A stretch of DNA of 56,688 nt, the filler included, from Dimargaris cristalligena (taxonomy: Eukaryota), in the NCBI GenBank assembly GCA_003614675.1. It is 5 parts of 5 records of this genome, joined end to end, with 100 filler letters (N's around TTAATTAATTAA, not from the genome) between each part and the next. Parts side by side here need not be neighbours in the genome. Positions count along the whole stretch, not along the records: positions 34,221 to 45,443 come from ML003123.1; positions 45,544 to 56,688 come from ML003124.1; 3 more parts are not named here. One strand, written 5' to 3'. Below are positions 37,157 through 49,409 of this stretch, piece after piece. How positions within the stretch are numbered: the first letter of the stretch is position 1; the number at the start of each line of letters is the position of its first letter. The notes beneath the pieces are model-generated. The model saw nothing but the letters and a program-made list of their open reading frames with translations. It searched no databases and had not been told where the DNA came from. The translations under genes and the position numbers were made by a program.

Positions 37157-38976
37157 ATGACCCAAACCACATACTTCCCCCCCACCCGCTACCACGACGC
37201 CACTCCGAGCCAGCAGTCCTATGGCTCGCCTCGTCCCGAATCGTCGCACGGCGGCCCCGTCGATGTCACAGCAATAGCCGCCTCCTACCGCGTGGCCAGC
37301 CAGGCCTTTCTCCTGAAACACTACGCCCAGGCCTGGTCCCTCTGTGTCGAAGGGTTGCACCGGGGGAGACTGGCGACCAACCCCAATAACAACAATAATC
37401 AGAATAGTAACTATAGTAGTCATACTCCCCTCCTATCCGGCGCGGCGGGTCCACGTGCTCAGCGCGCCTACAGCAACCTTCCCGTGGAAACGTCTTCCCA
37501 GCAGTGGTGGGTGCTGTACCTCACCCTTATCGGTACCCTTATGGACGGCACCGCCGAAGGCGTACTGGCTCGGGCCCCCGGCGACATTCTTTTGGGGCCG
37601 AGGTGTGAAGACACGACCCTAAGTATCGGCGAGGAAGTTACCCGGGGGCCTCACAACGGAACTAAAGAAGCCCCCCTTCCGGTATCCGCACCTATATCTA
37701 ACCCCAACCCCCACCACCTCCTTTCAAAGCAGCTGTACTCCCGAAAAATGGACGAGGAATTTGAGGCGACCGCCCCCTTTTCCGCCAATCCTAATTCCAA
37801 GTCCACCCGGCCGCGGGTGTTGTCCTACGTGCCCCACCACCTGGACGATATCTGGGACCTCCTCCTGGCCAGCTACGGCTCGTGTGTCCATCTCATTCCC
37901 GGCGAAGTGGTGGTTGCCGCCGTGCTGTTGGCCCTGCAGTACCACGCTTTGACCACGGCTTCCGGTTGGATCGAGGCTTGGTATTCCGGATTGCCGGATC
38001 CGGTGCTGGACCTGCTGGAGAGTGACCTCCCCCTTTCACCCCCGCACTCCTCTTCCTCCTCTTCTTTGGGATCACAGTCGCCTGTCGTAATGACTCGAAC
38101 TCGCCGGGAATGGTACTGTACCTACGAACAAATATCCGAATTGTACCTGCTTCATGTCTTACCCCGCATGAACCAGTGGTCATCGGCCCAGGTGTTCGTG
38201 GACTATAATCAAGTGCTGAGTTCTAGCACGAAAGAGGTAAGTGTGTGCTTTGCTGAATTGTATTCCTAAACAGAGAGAACCTATTAAGATTCGGTTTACG
38301 TCGGAGATGATCGATGGAGGGCGCCGATTATTCGGATGCTAGATCTATCTAACCCCCTTGCGTATGCTATTTGAATCCAATCCACCTACATATATTTTTT
38401 CTATCCTACTAGTATTTTATCGGAAGTTTAAAACGCCTCGAACGCAGCCACAAAGCTGCCGCCCAGCGGGCTAAGAAGCGTCAGCTACGTAAACGGGCCG
38501 CATCCCAGGCGACCGTAAACACCACCACAACTAGCATATCCACCGACACCTCGGCCCGCGTCAGGGTGGTTCCCAATCCCATTACCGCCGGTAACGGCCT
38601 CGCCGACCTTCCCAACGAACCCGTAGTTCTGTCGAAGCCCACTTTATCGTCGGATTCCCCCACCCTAGCCACCACCACCTCTTCTCCACGGGGGTCAGCG
38701 TTAGATTCCCCGCCGGAAGGGTCCCGTTCGACGGCTGTAGTCAGGTCATCCTCCTCCTCCTCCTCCTCCTACATCGGCCGGCGTATGCAAGCCGTCCAGC
38801 TTTTCCTGGAAACCCATGTCCTGCGCCACGGTCATTTTTTGGTTCCCGTGCTGATGGCCGTCGTATGCGCCCTCGCGCTCCACGCCCTCCGCCGGCGGGT
38901 GCCCCCGTTTTTACGAACCTTTCTGGCCAAGATTTGGCAAACTTTGGTGATGGGTGCCAGTACTTCGTACATGTAA
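37157..38976 (+). CDS. PEX26: Peroxin 26-like tail-anchored protein; exons 37157-38236 and 38413-38976
   Basis: YRVASQAFLLK, WVLYLTL, ELYLLHVLPRMNQW...KE|, C-terminal TM followed by KIWQTLVMGASTSYM, matching the fungal Pex26 pattern. GAG|gtaagt..actag intron is phase 0. Confidence 0.8.
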
Positions 38977-40008
38977 TAACCTCCCTGGGGTTATCTAACA
39001 TCGGTGTGTTGTGGCGTCTGGGGCACATAGGGTAGGATAGGGGAGTGGTCGGAGCGACGCAGCTTATACCGATTGGATGCCCCCCTGAATTTTGCTTGGG
39101 CAAGGACGTGTATGTATTAAAGAAATAAGTAATATCTATTATCGGCTATATTAAACCATGGGTTTTCGCGCGCGAAGGATACCCTCTCGTTTCCTATCTC
39201 TCGGACTCCAAACCACACCATCGTGCGTGCCCATTTTGCTACGCACGCACACACCCACCCACCCACATATTGGCACACACACACATACACACACCACTCG
39301 ACTATTTATATATTAAAATGGGTAGTTTTAGCCTGCCTACGCGCGCACCTCTTTATCCCCCTCTACTCTTATTGTACTTGTAATTATCCCTCTTCCCTCT
39401 TAAATCCTACCCCAGAGCTTAATATCCTTAGTGGCAGTTGCTTGTACTCATCCTGTTCGGACCCATCGAAATCTAACCATTTCTTTAGTAATACTTGGCT
39501 ACACCCACGATTAGCCTCTCACTCTCTCTAATATAATGCGGGGTTGCGTTATTCACCACTCATTTACACTCACACCCCCTACTCCCGCCATTCTCGGGTA
39601 CCCCAAACCAATTAGTAAAAATATATGGTCTTTTTTTTTGTAGTTCATATTGTATATGTTAAGTTATATTGTGTTAACATCGGGCATTGCTAATTTCACA
39701 TCATTAGTTGTATGTTGTGTATAAGGATAGTACGAATGGTGGGGAACGAATGTTTATGGCAGAAAATGGTGTGGGGGTGGATAGCCAAGAAGGTAGGAAA
39801 CCATACAATTCGGATATACCGAGAAAAATAGCAAAATATGAGACGCATCCGCTTAAATAAATTCCAAATAAAATAAAATACTAATTGTGAGAACAATAAT
39901 ATATTTCAGGGGGATATTATATATGGTTTTCGCTGTCTATTCATTTTGTTAGAGAGAAAGCCGATTTTTTTCTTAAAAATATATATATAAAAAAGCGGGA
40001 GGAAGTGA

Positions 40009-42880
40009 CTATGTTAGCGGATTATGATCGATTTCCAACGCTTCCGCGTTTAACCCACTTAAGATCAGATCCATACCGAAATGGTGGGCGTCCACGTGCA
40101 ACAACCCCAAGTATCCGCTGAATTCCCGGCGGGCCAGAAGGAAAAAGCCGCCCAAGATTTGGAACAGATGGTCCCGGTGGGGTCGACCGGCGGACTCTTC
40201 GATACAGGTAAACGCGGGCCGACCGGGCCGGGCCGGGTTGATGAGGAGGACGAAATAAGGGGGGACGAGGGTTTCCTGTTTAATAACCAACGGGGCTTCC
40301 GTTTCACAAGGGTCGGTGGAAGGCGTGGCGTCGCAGTGTAAAATATGCCGGAAACTAAAAGGGCGGCCGCCATTGGCTTCCAAACTGGCTCCCGGAGTGA
40401 TAAGGTCGAGGTAGGTACATACCAAGTGGAACAGAATTTGCGTATCGGTGGGGTTAGCGTCGAACTCGCTGGTATTATGGCTACCGAGCCCGCTACCGCC
40501 GCTACCAATGTTACTGTTAATACCACTGCTACCTCCTACTCCGCCTGATCCAAGTAGTCCGCTCCCTTCATTCCCACTGCCGCCGAAACCTAGCCTTCCG
40601 GTCGTGAACCAATCGCGGATCCCGCTATCCCAGCGGTACGCTCCCAGAACACCACCCCGGGCCAAGGCCCGGATTCGATTCAGCAAGTAGGCCCGAGAGG
40701 GGCAATTCGGAAGGGCCAGGTACACTTCGAGCTTCAGACGGATTTTGCTGAGGGGGTCCTGGGCGTAAGTTTGGCTTAAATCGGCCAAATTCTGGGGGGT
40801 CTGGGGCTGGTTATTCGTCGGGATGGATTGGCCCAGAGAGCTGCCGAACCCTCCGAAGCCACCCATAGTAGTAGTAGTAGGTGGGTCAGGGTTGGCATTA
40901 GTGGGGCCCAGACGACTTGCCAGTCCACCGAAAGACGGGGCAGTAGAGGCGGAAGACGTTCCAAAGCCCGTCGGGCCCGTGGTAGTACCACCACTCCCAA
41001 AACCGCCCCCCAGGAATGATGATCCAGGGGCCGACAAACCGAATCCCGAGGCGGGGGCTGAAGCAAAACCCATGGTATTTCCGGTATTGCCGCTCCCAAT
41101 CCCACTTCCAACGTTCGCGGAGGCTACCGTCGCAGCCGCGGTCAAAGCCTCGGCGGCATTATGCAGGGAGTCATAATTGGCGCACGTCAAATGGCACCAG
41201 TTACGGTCCTCCAATTCAGCATCTACGGCGTCGATACTGTAGACGAGGGGCTCGAGGATCTGAGTGGAAATCCACCGCCGCATATTTTCCACCAACCGGT
41301 CGATGGCCGAATCGGTTAGTCGGAGGTCATCCCGGAGGAGGGTGGTGGTGTCGCTAAACGTGTAGCGGTCGGACCATTGGCTCGTGATGGTACCGTGTTT
41401 ACTCTTTTTGCGGTTGTCTTTGAAGAAGGGCGGGGAGTGCGGGGTCGCGGTTTGGTAGACGGGGAGCATAGCGTATGGTTGGGTCGTGCTGGAGTACCGG
41501 GAGCCCGGTGGGGTTCGGTTGCGGTAGGGGGTGGTCAGATGAGGGGTCGCCGGGGTGTTAGTGTTATTGTTGTTGCTGTTACTGTTGCTGGTTCGGGTTG
41601 GTGTGGGCGTGGTCATGGTCCCGAACAGCGAGGTTCGGCGATGGTCCCCGGTACCTGGATGGGCCGAGGTCTTCGGGGTTGACGTTGGTCCAAAGGGATC
41701 GCTGGTATCATTGGGGGATGATCCGTCCGGGAGCAACATATTATCCAGGGCCCGGCGACTAGTAATGGGGCGGAACCGAAGCGCAGCGGCCGGGGTCGGG
41801 GAGGCATGGTTGGGTGGACGACGGGGGGAAGGGGAGGCCATCGTTTGGTTTGTGGCAGTCGCATTCACATTCACATTCGCAGTGGGCGAAGCTGGGGTAG
41901 TAGGGTCAACCGCCAACGCCGGCGACGTGGGATCACTGAGTTTCGGATTATGTCCGACTTCTTCCTCAAACAGGCGCCTTTGATACTTAGGGGCCCGGAC
42001 GGGCGGGGGACTGTTAGCGGCCGCGGACACTCTGGGATCCAGGCCTAATAATTGCCGCTGGGCCGCCGTCAGCCCCAGTTCGCTGTAGGCGTAGCCGGGT
42101 TTAACAAAGCGCCACAGGGTTTCCAAAAAAATTAAACAAGGGTACGAGAAGCACCACGAATTCGGCGGTGCCCCAGAGAAAACTGGAGAACCCCACTTCT
42201 TCGGTGACGACCCAGCGGACGGTCTGGTATGGCGAGGTCCGCGTCAGGAGCCAGAGGGCGGCTACGATGGCGCCGTTGATTTGCAGGCGGCGGAAGGACG
42301 TGGCGGTGATACTATGGTTGCGGCGGAGGTGGTTGAGGAAAGGCAGATCGGGGTGCTCCCATTTGCCGACTTGGCGGTCGGAAGCCGTCGGAGTGGTGGC
42401 GGATAGGAGGGGGGTATCGTACGGCGGTGGCCCAGCCAACATACCCTGCGGTGGAGGTGGGGGGTGGGGCGGGGAGGTAGGGGTGTTGTTGTTGGTCGGT
42501 GAGTGCTGGAGCAAATGGCGTAGACGAACTTTATAGGCGGGTTGCGGCGAAGTGGCCGGTGGGGACGTAGCCGTCGTAGCGGAGACTCTAGCGGCGGGGG
42601 TGGTCAGTGAAACCGGCATGGTCGTGTTCGTGTTCGTGGTTGTGGGTAGGGTATACGTCGGGGTTGGGCCAGCGACGGGGGTGGCTGCGGCGGGGGTACG
42701 CTGGTTAAGCGGTGTCCGCGCGAGAATCGATAAGGGATCGTTGGACAGGGTGGCGGAGAGCGGGGACTGGGTGGAATGCGACATGGTTGGCCGTTGCGGG
42801 GTTTGAAGGCCCGATTGGGAGTGCAGGTGATACGGGTAGGGCTCGCGGTCCCCGACGGGATGTGTCGGTGATTGGAACAT
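40009..42880 (-). CDS. Pom34/TMEM209-like nuclear-envelope membrane protein, split by a 1-nt frameshift at 42125-42131
   Basis: ORF1 has GKWEHP and two TM segments; ORF2 has LTAAQRQLLGLDP, MRRWIS..LEPLV, YLLNRIRALARGG..AYRWDSG and PTDTQILFHLVCTYLD (TMEM209-type). Removing one T joins them as PLFNFLETLWRFVKP. Confidence 0.82.
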
Positions 42881-43500
42881 GGTTAGATCTGCTTGGTTCG
42901 TGGACTGGGAATTACCGGTGAATTGGAAGTGTGTAAGAAGTGAAGGGGGCCGAAAAAAAGCAGAAAGGGAACACAGCTAAGGAGGGAGAGTGGAAGGAGA
43001 GAAAGAGAGAGAGACTATGGGTTCGTTTATCGGTGAGAGGAATAAGAAAGACGATGCACAGTAACTGGACCAAGGGCCTCTATTGACACAGTTCTCTGGC
43101 AAGGCTTGTATGGAGACAAGTCGAATGGCACCACCAACTACTGCACAATAACACTAGGGAGAGTGTCGGAAGGAATGGGTTAGGGCCAGTTGCCTATATT
43201 CCAAGGGATAATGGCTAGAGCCAAGCTAAACCAAACCAGTGTGTCCCCCACAAGTACAACCAGCGGCTGGAAGAAGAAACCCCTTTCCCTTGGCTTGGTT
43301 TGAATTGAATAATACGCCCCCAGCCCAAACGGGTCTTACTCTATGCCCTCTCTCCAGTCGACGCGCACCTTCAGTTTACCCGCCATTGTTCCTTTACCAG
43401 TCCATTTCCTCTAAAGAGCTCTCTATACCCTTTCCCGTTGCTTCGTCCATTTGCCTTTCGAGTATATATATATATACATACCGTTCCTTCTGTCCCCATC

Positions 43501-45094
43501 ATGTTTAGCTCCATTGCTTCTCCCCGGAACTTGGCCCTTTGCGCCCTGATCCTTCTGGTCGCCAGTCCTGGCTCATTAGCCAGTAAGTCCTAGTCCCCTC
43601 CCGATATTGCACCGTAAAAACCACGGACCAGTTCCTCGTGCAGGTCATCCCGGCCGTTCGGTTAGGTTAAACCAATGGCCACATCCTTTCCTTTGGCTCC
43701 TGGGGCCTTCCCTTCTCGAGCCTTGTATTTACCGCAAATACCTTATATGGTGTATTTTCCATAACGCCATTAATATATCCACTAATAATTCATCGCGCTG
43801 AAACACCATTGCCCTTATTTAGCCGACGAGACCCTTATCGAGCCCAAGGTTGCCCTGACCACCACCTTTTCGGCCAAATACCCCAATAGTAAGTGGGCCT
43901 GATGTCTCTTAATTTTGGCTATTGGCCACACTGCCCTACCCTCCCCTTTCCATCCCTATTTTCTTTCATCAGTTCCCCCCATCCACGATCATTCATAATA
44001 CTTTCTCGGTAGATCAAATCGGGTCACCAACACCTCAGTTGGCATTACCTCAAATTACTCCTAAAACCCCATCTTTACTTGTTGGAACCACTTCGATTTA
44101 ATACTTTTCTAGCTATCGTCAATAGCGAGAGTAACCGGGTCACCATTAGTCTGACCAACGAGGACGAAAAGCTTTACATCATTGATCGGATTCGTGCCTA
44201 CTTGTATCCCATCTACGACCACTCTAAGCCCCTCCGTACCGTAAGTCAACCCCAATTTCCCCCTTTATTATATATCAGCCTTCATCAAACCGCCTTATAA
44301 TCTCTCCGAGTAGACCCAGCTTCGCTTCTACTCACACCATATGCTCGGTTGACTATTTATTGTGCCATCTTATCCTTCTAAATCGACTGCAGTTGGAACC
44401 CGCCCGGTTTACCACCAAGCTGTTCCATAACGCCCAGCTTGACCTTCCCTACCGGTTTACCCCTCTTCTGGATGTCGGCGACACTAGCCTGACCTTGGTG
44501 GTGGAGCTGTCCGACAAGGAAGGCAATACGTTCAAGAAGGTGGCCTTCAACGAAACCATCACCGTGATCGACCCGTCCATTGTTAGCTTTGATCCCCAGC
44601 TGTGGTCCATTTACCTCATGATCTTGGGGGTCCTGGTCGGGGCCGGTTACTGGGCCAAAATTACCTACATTGACGAAAAGGTAAGCTTCGTAAAATTTCC
44701 AACCATTCGACTGCGGAGTTTTTTAATATACGAAAATGGCAACCTTCCTTAACAAGGCCTCCCAGCAAAATTGTTTAAGAGTCCAGTAAATGCAATGGAA
44801 GTGCTTCTCCCCCTCTTTATACCATTAATGGATGGCTCAAGGGCAATGATCCGGGTTTTTTACACCAAGAACCTGGCCTATCTACCGTGGTATATTATTC
44901 CCATCCTCTGATCTACTGCTTTTTATTATGCACTGTCCGACATGCTTCAGGTTAAACCCATCCACCCGGCTATTGCGAAAAGCATGGAGGCTAACACTAA
45001 CGCCGAGGTAGACCCCGACGAATGGATTGCGGATCATCTCAAGGCCGATAAGTCGCGCAAATCTCGGTCGGGTATTAAAAAGAAGGCCGCCTAG
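43501..45094 (+). CDS. Translocon-associated protein alpha-like (SSR1/Irc22-like) ER membrane protein; exons 43501-43582, 43823-43888, 44113-44240, 44393-44680, 44951-45094
   Basis: Signal peptide, beta-rich lumenal domain (AFNETITVIDP), FDPQLWSIYL plus TM, DEWIADH motif, C-terminal KKAA (KKxx). Four phase-consistent introns. Confidence 0.85.
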
Positions 45095-45443
45095 CGTAAT
45101 CATTAAACAAAACATGGCTTCAATCCCTGGCGGTCCTATTGTTTCAAACCCTCGATTACTCCAAATTCATTGAATAATCTGTGACTGCAAAAAAATTTCA
45201 CTTGTCTGACCGATGTTTATTTTTTTACCAGTATGCTTTCCCCTCTCCATTTTTCTTTTGTTTCATAGTAATTAAACGTCCTTTTATCGATTTCCCTTCC
45301 CCTCCCCGCTACCCCATTGAAAAAAAAAAGGCACCAAGTTTTCGTCCTACTTCATACTATAGTCCCTAGCATTTTATCCTGATTTTCTCTGTCGTAGTCT
45401 TTAATATAAGAAATGATTAAAGGGCTACGCCTCGGACGAATTT

Positions 45444-45543
45444 NNNNNNNNNNNNNNNNNNNNNNNNNNNNNNNNNNNNNNNNNNNNTTAATTAATTAAN
45501 NNNNNNNNNNNNNNNNNNNNNNNNNNNNNNNNNNNNNNNNNNN
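45444..45543. other. Artificial contig linker
   Basis: 100-nt N block with TTAATTAATTAA. Confidence 0.99.
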
Positions 45544-45544
45544 C

Positions 45545-45871
45545 GGATCTACCCCCGCCGTACCTCGTCCGCTGGCACCCCCAACTCCCGCGTCTTCGAG
45601 CAATTCATCCGTGGGATCGAATGCCTCCAATGGTGGTACGCCCATCGACGCCGGCTCATATCCAGCCCCTCCCCCCGTCCCCACTAATGGTCGACATGTA
45701 CCCAACAAGACCCACCTGCATGAGGCGGGCGTTAGCCACCGGACAGCCGATCCCTCCGCCAGCCATGACCGACGAATGGGACCGGGACCAGGGTCGATCC
45801 ACCGCCAGCCACCCCTTTGGGCGACCACCAATAAGCCCAATAACCAACCCGCCTACCCAACAAGACAATAA
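45545..45871 (+). CDS. C-terminal Pro/Ser-rich fragment of an unknown gene, 5'-truncated
   Basis: Frame open from the contig start, GC-rich with coding-like composition, followed by AT-rich UTR-like sequence. Confidence 0.55.
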   Translation, partial: GSTPAVPRPLAPPTPASSSNSSVGSNASNGGTPIDAGSYPAPPPVPTNGRHVPNKTHLHEAGVSHRTADPSASHDRRMGPGPGSIHRQPPLWATTNKPNNQPAYPTRQ

Positions 45872-47253
45872 ACATACCCTCATATCGTGTCGGTTAAGTG
45901 GACAATCTATTATTAGAGGGATGCGCCTACGAATACCTCTGTGTCTATGAGTCATTTCTCTATTTATCCCACCCCATTTGAATAATTCTACTTAACTACG
46001 TGGTGGGTTCTTTCGTCGGCATCATCATTTTTGTGGATTAGATTGCACTCACTTGTATAGTATTATAGTTTAACGGAGTTGGCATGCCATGATAAGTATA
46101 AACCAGTAAAAAGGATTTGTATTTGGTTGGATCGCCGCTCCTCCCCTCCCTCGATACATGGCACTAGAATGTTTCGCCGCCGTGGATAAGAGACAACACC
46201 GAAGTTTGAGTATTATTTCATAATGAGTTGGCCCGCAATGGGTGAGTTCAGAGCCATAGCTAATGGAGGGGATATTGGTATTACTCGCACCCTATGTTTT
46301 AAACCATGACATCTGTGTCCCCCAGTCTACCAGACGAATAGTCGTAACAAAAGGTGACACCCCAATCCTGACACCTAAGGTTAAGGCTATAGGTTGTTGT
46401 TGTTGCAGAACTTAACGCCACACTAAAGCACAACTGAGAACCTTTAATCAGTACCGGCTGAAGCAATGTTAGCTTCTTTGGGGAACCAAGATCTTGGGAC
46501 AAGAACCCACATATGGTGTGGACTATCTTGTCTGGACTTCAGACAGTGACAAATTGGATAGCCGGGGGTCCCTCTTGGATACTACTGGGACACGGCAGAC
46601 TGAACACCAAGAATGGGCTTGAGGCCATTGGTGACATGGGCAAGATAGCACCAGATATCTAGGAAACTAATAATGGATTGAAAGGTATAAAACTATTAGT
46701 CTTTATTAGGAGGTTGCCTGCAGGGTATTTATAAGCCAATCGTAAATATAGAAGGCGCAAATATGGCGGGGCGGCTTAGGGCTGCCTAAGGCCCATCTTG
46801 GCAATGAGTACGGATAGATATTGCCACGATGCCAGAATGCCCACCCTGGCGGCAGGGAATAGTGAAGGAAGACAACTAGGAAGATAAACGAAGGAATATG
46901 GACCACTACTAATGATGGTGGCTATGGGGCTCAAGAGCTAGGGATAAACCCCAGCCTGTCACAACTGGGAAAAACAATCCTGATAATAAAGAATGCTGGA
47001 AGGCCTGTTCGGACTGCAGAAGTACCAGTCTGGATGGACCGATGATAAGACCTACTTCCGGGGGCGGTCTTCACCTTTTCCTAAAGTTCAAAAATAGTTG
47101 GGCCAGTTTTCGCTTTTAGTGTTTAAGTAGAGCCGGCCATGACGCCTTATAAGTACCCAAACAGCTATAATTTGATCCCAACCAAAGTGGGACTTGCCTC
47201 TAGATGAGACTTTAAATAAAAAGTGCAATCAATAGGAATCTCCGTGGAACCGA

Positions 47254-48068
47254 CTATTGGGATTCCGGATCATTTTTATGGGGGGGTTGGTGAACAAACG
47301 GGGGGGAAACGGGACGAAGGAAAGAGATCGTTGGCCCCGAGCTGTCCGCCCGACCTCCTCCTGTCTCAGCTGGAATCCGGGCGTCGCGGGTGAGGGTGGG
47401 AAGCCATTCTTTCTCGGGTATTTGCTTGGCCCAATCTAGGAGTCCCAAACCAAGTGAGGGGGATGGGAAATGGTCGAGGCCAACGGATTGGATTGTTAGT
47501 CATATGGAGGGAAGTTAAATTTATATATATGTGTGTGTGTACGTGTGCGTGTATGTATGGTTGAGATATACATATTTGGGCTCACCAGGAACAGCTCGGT
47601 CGGATAAAGTGAGTTGACGCATGATAGACTGAATCAACTCGGCGTTCGCGGCGGATAATTGTCGGCTGTGTTCGATGGGGACGGGGAACTGCTTGGCTCC
47701 GATTCGTAGGGTGTCCTGCTGAGAGTAAATAGCGAATGGGCCAGGAAGATGTACGGGGTTAGGAATCTAGCGACGGGGCTAGCACAAATATCTGGGACTC
47801 GGCCCTAATCAAACCTATGTCATCCAAGTAGTAAAAGAATGCAGCTAAATTAAACTAGAGCGGGTGGGGGGCCTACCGGATTGGCTGGGGGGCAGTTGGC
47901 TTCGACTTCGTCCTGTTCGGAATCGGAGCCTGACGTAGGGTCATCGCCCAATGGAGCATAGCCGGCATAAGGATCTTTGTTGGGATTTGTATCCGACTCA
48001 GCCTCGGAAAAGGAGCCGCGGTTTGGCGGGTGGCCTGAAGTGGAAGGTCCTGAATGGTCAGAGGACAT
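47254..48068 (-). CDS. MEA1 (male-enhanced antigen 1)-like protein; exons 48068-47877, 47718-47586, 47435-47254
   Basis: GYAPL motif, acidic N-terminus, spliced LIQSIMRQLTLSDRAVP|DWAKQIPEKEWLP typical of the MEA1 C-terminal motif. The exon 2 acceptor is NAGNAG. Confidence 0.78.
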
Positions 48069-48346
48069 GGTGGTAGTCGGATGGCGGACTTGAAGAATAA
48101 GTGATAAAAAAAGGGGGATGTTTATTACAATTGATGGTGGTCAGGAAGGAGGGAGAACTAGGGGCACTCGGTTACGCAAGGGGAGGTCTTTTAAAGCCCA
48201 GAATGAGTTGAAGGAAGGCAATTGATAGAAATACAAAGAGAAGCAGTAGTGGGCAGTATAATAGTAATAAAAAAAGATGCCAGTATATAGGTTATATACC
48301 CTTCCGCAATTCGGTCAGTCCTGGTTAGGGGTAAAGTGTAGGAGGG

Positions 48347-48670
48347 CTATTCCCGGGGAGACCGAGGCACCAGCCGGGCGGGCGAAGACTCGGTAGGCCC
48401 GTCAATTTCCGGTTCGCTATCGTCTTGGTTACAGTTGGCCAGTAGGCCACGCCGAACCTCAGAGGTGGGCTCAAGCTCATCGGCTGGTATCCGCTGGGTT
48501 AGGCGCTGGGTCAACAAATATACGCCCGTAGGGATGAGCCGATGACTACGGTGGAAACACAGACAGAGCCCCAGCATGGAAATCACGGTAAACACAGCAA
48601 AGGCTGTGAAGGTGCCCAGCCAATCGGTCAGCTCGTGATCGGATGGAGGGTGACCAGGAGGGGGCGCCAT
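48347..48670 (-). CDS. Small single-TM hypothetical protein (107 aa)
   Basis: ATG at 48670; TM WLGTFTAFAVFTVISMLGLCLCF; acidic tail with EVRRGLL dileucine-like motif. Confidence 0.6.
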   Translation of the reverse strand: MAPPPGHPPSDHELTDWLGTFTAFAVFTVISMLGLCLCFHRSHRLIPTGVYLLTQRLTQRIPADELEPTSEVRRGLLANCNQDDSEPEIDGPTESSPARLVPRSPRE

Positions 48671-49409
48671 GGGAGCAGGGTGTTGGGTAACTGTTAGACA
48701 ACGAAACGAAGCAACGTCCCAAAGACCGGGGTGGATGGGGGAAGGAGGATAAGCGAAGAAGGATAGTGTTCGAAGGGCTTTATTAGAGCTTACTGAACTA
48801 AACCAGGCCAGAAGTATTAGTAGTATATTGCTTCTTGGCTCTGGCACTTGTTAGGTGGTGTTGACGTCTCCCCATAGAAAACGTAAGGGTGACGCAATCC
48901 ACTGGATAGTAGAGTATAGTGAATAAGTGACTCTTCCATACGCCCTCCAAAACCAACCAAGTAGGTAATTGATTGATTGAGTTAATTTGCCCCAGGCTCT
49001 CTCTCTCTCTCTCTCTCCCCAAAAAACACACACGACCAGAAACCGCCCATTAATTACGCAGGATTATAGCCTTTATGCTAATAGAAATACTAAAGAAAAG
49101 GAAAGAGAGAGAGAGAGTAAGTATTTATAATAATCAGATCAGTATTAATAGAGTTACCATGCCCCATGCGAGTAATTAATTATAGGGGAGGGGAGAGGGG
49201 TGTCAAGACAGATACATAACTAAACGATGAGGCTCTGGGATCACTTTGAACAAAAAATGTATATAAAATCATAGATGTATATATATATGTATGGAAATGG
49301 AAAATACTGAACTGAGCGTGGAGAACCAGGGAACTGAAGGGATAGCAATGGGAGTAGTGGAAGGGGGATAATGAATGTTCGGAGTTATTAATGAGGGGAG
49401 AAAATACTT

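Noticed and set aside
11359-45543. Regularly spaced TTAATTAATTAA motifs and apparent clustering of lipid, peroxisome and redox genes
   Set aside because: Artificial linkers between contigs of steadily decreasing length; cross-linker adjacency is not biological.
46260-47100. Relatively CpG-poor stretch, possible repeat relic
   Set aside because: No identifiable homology or termini.
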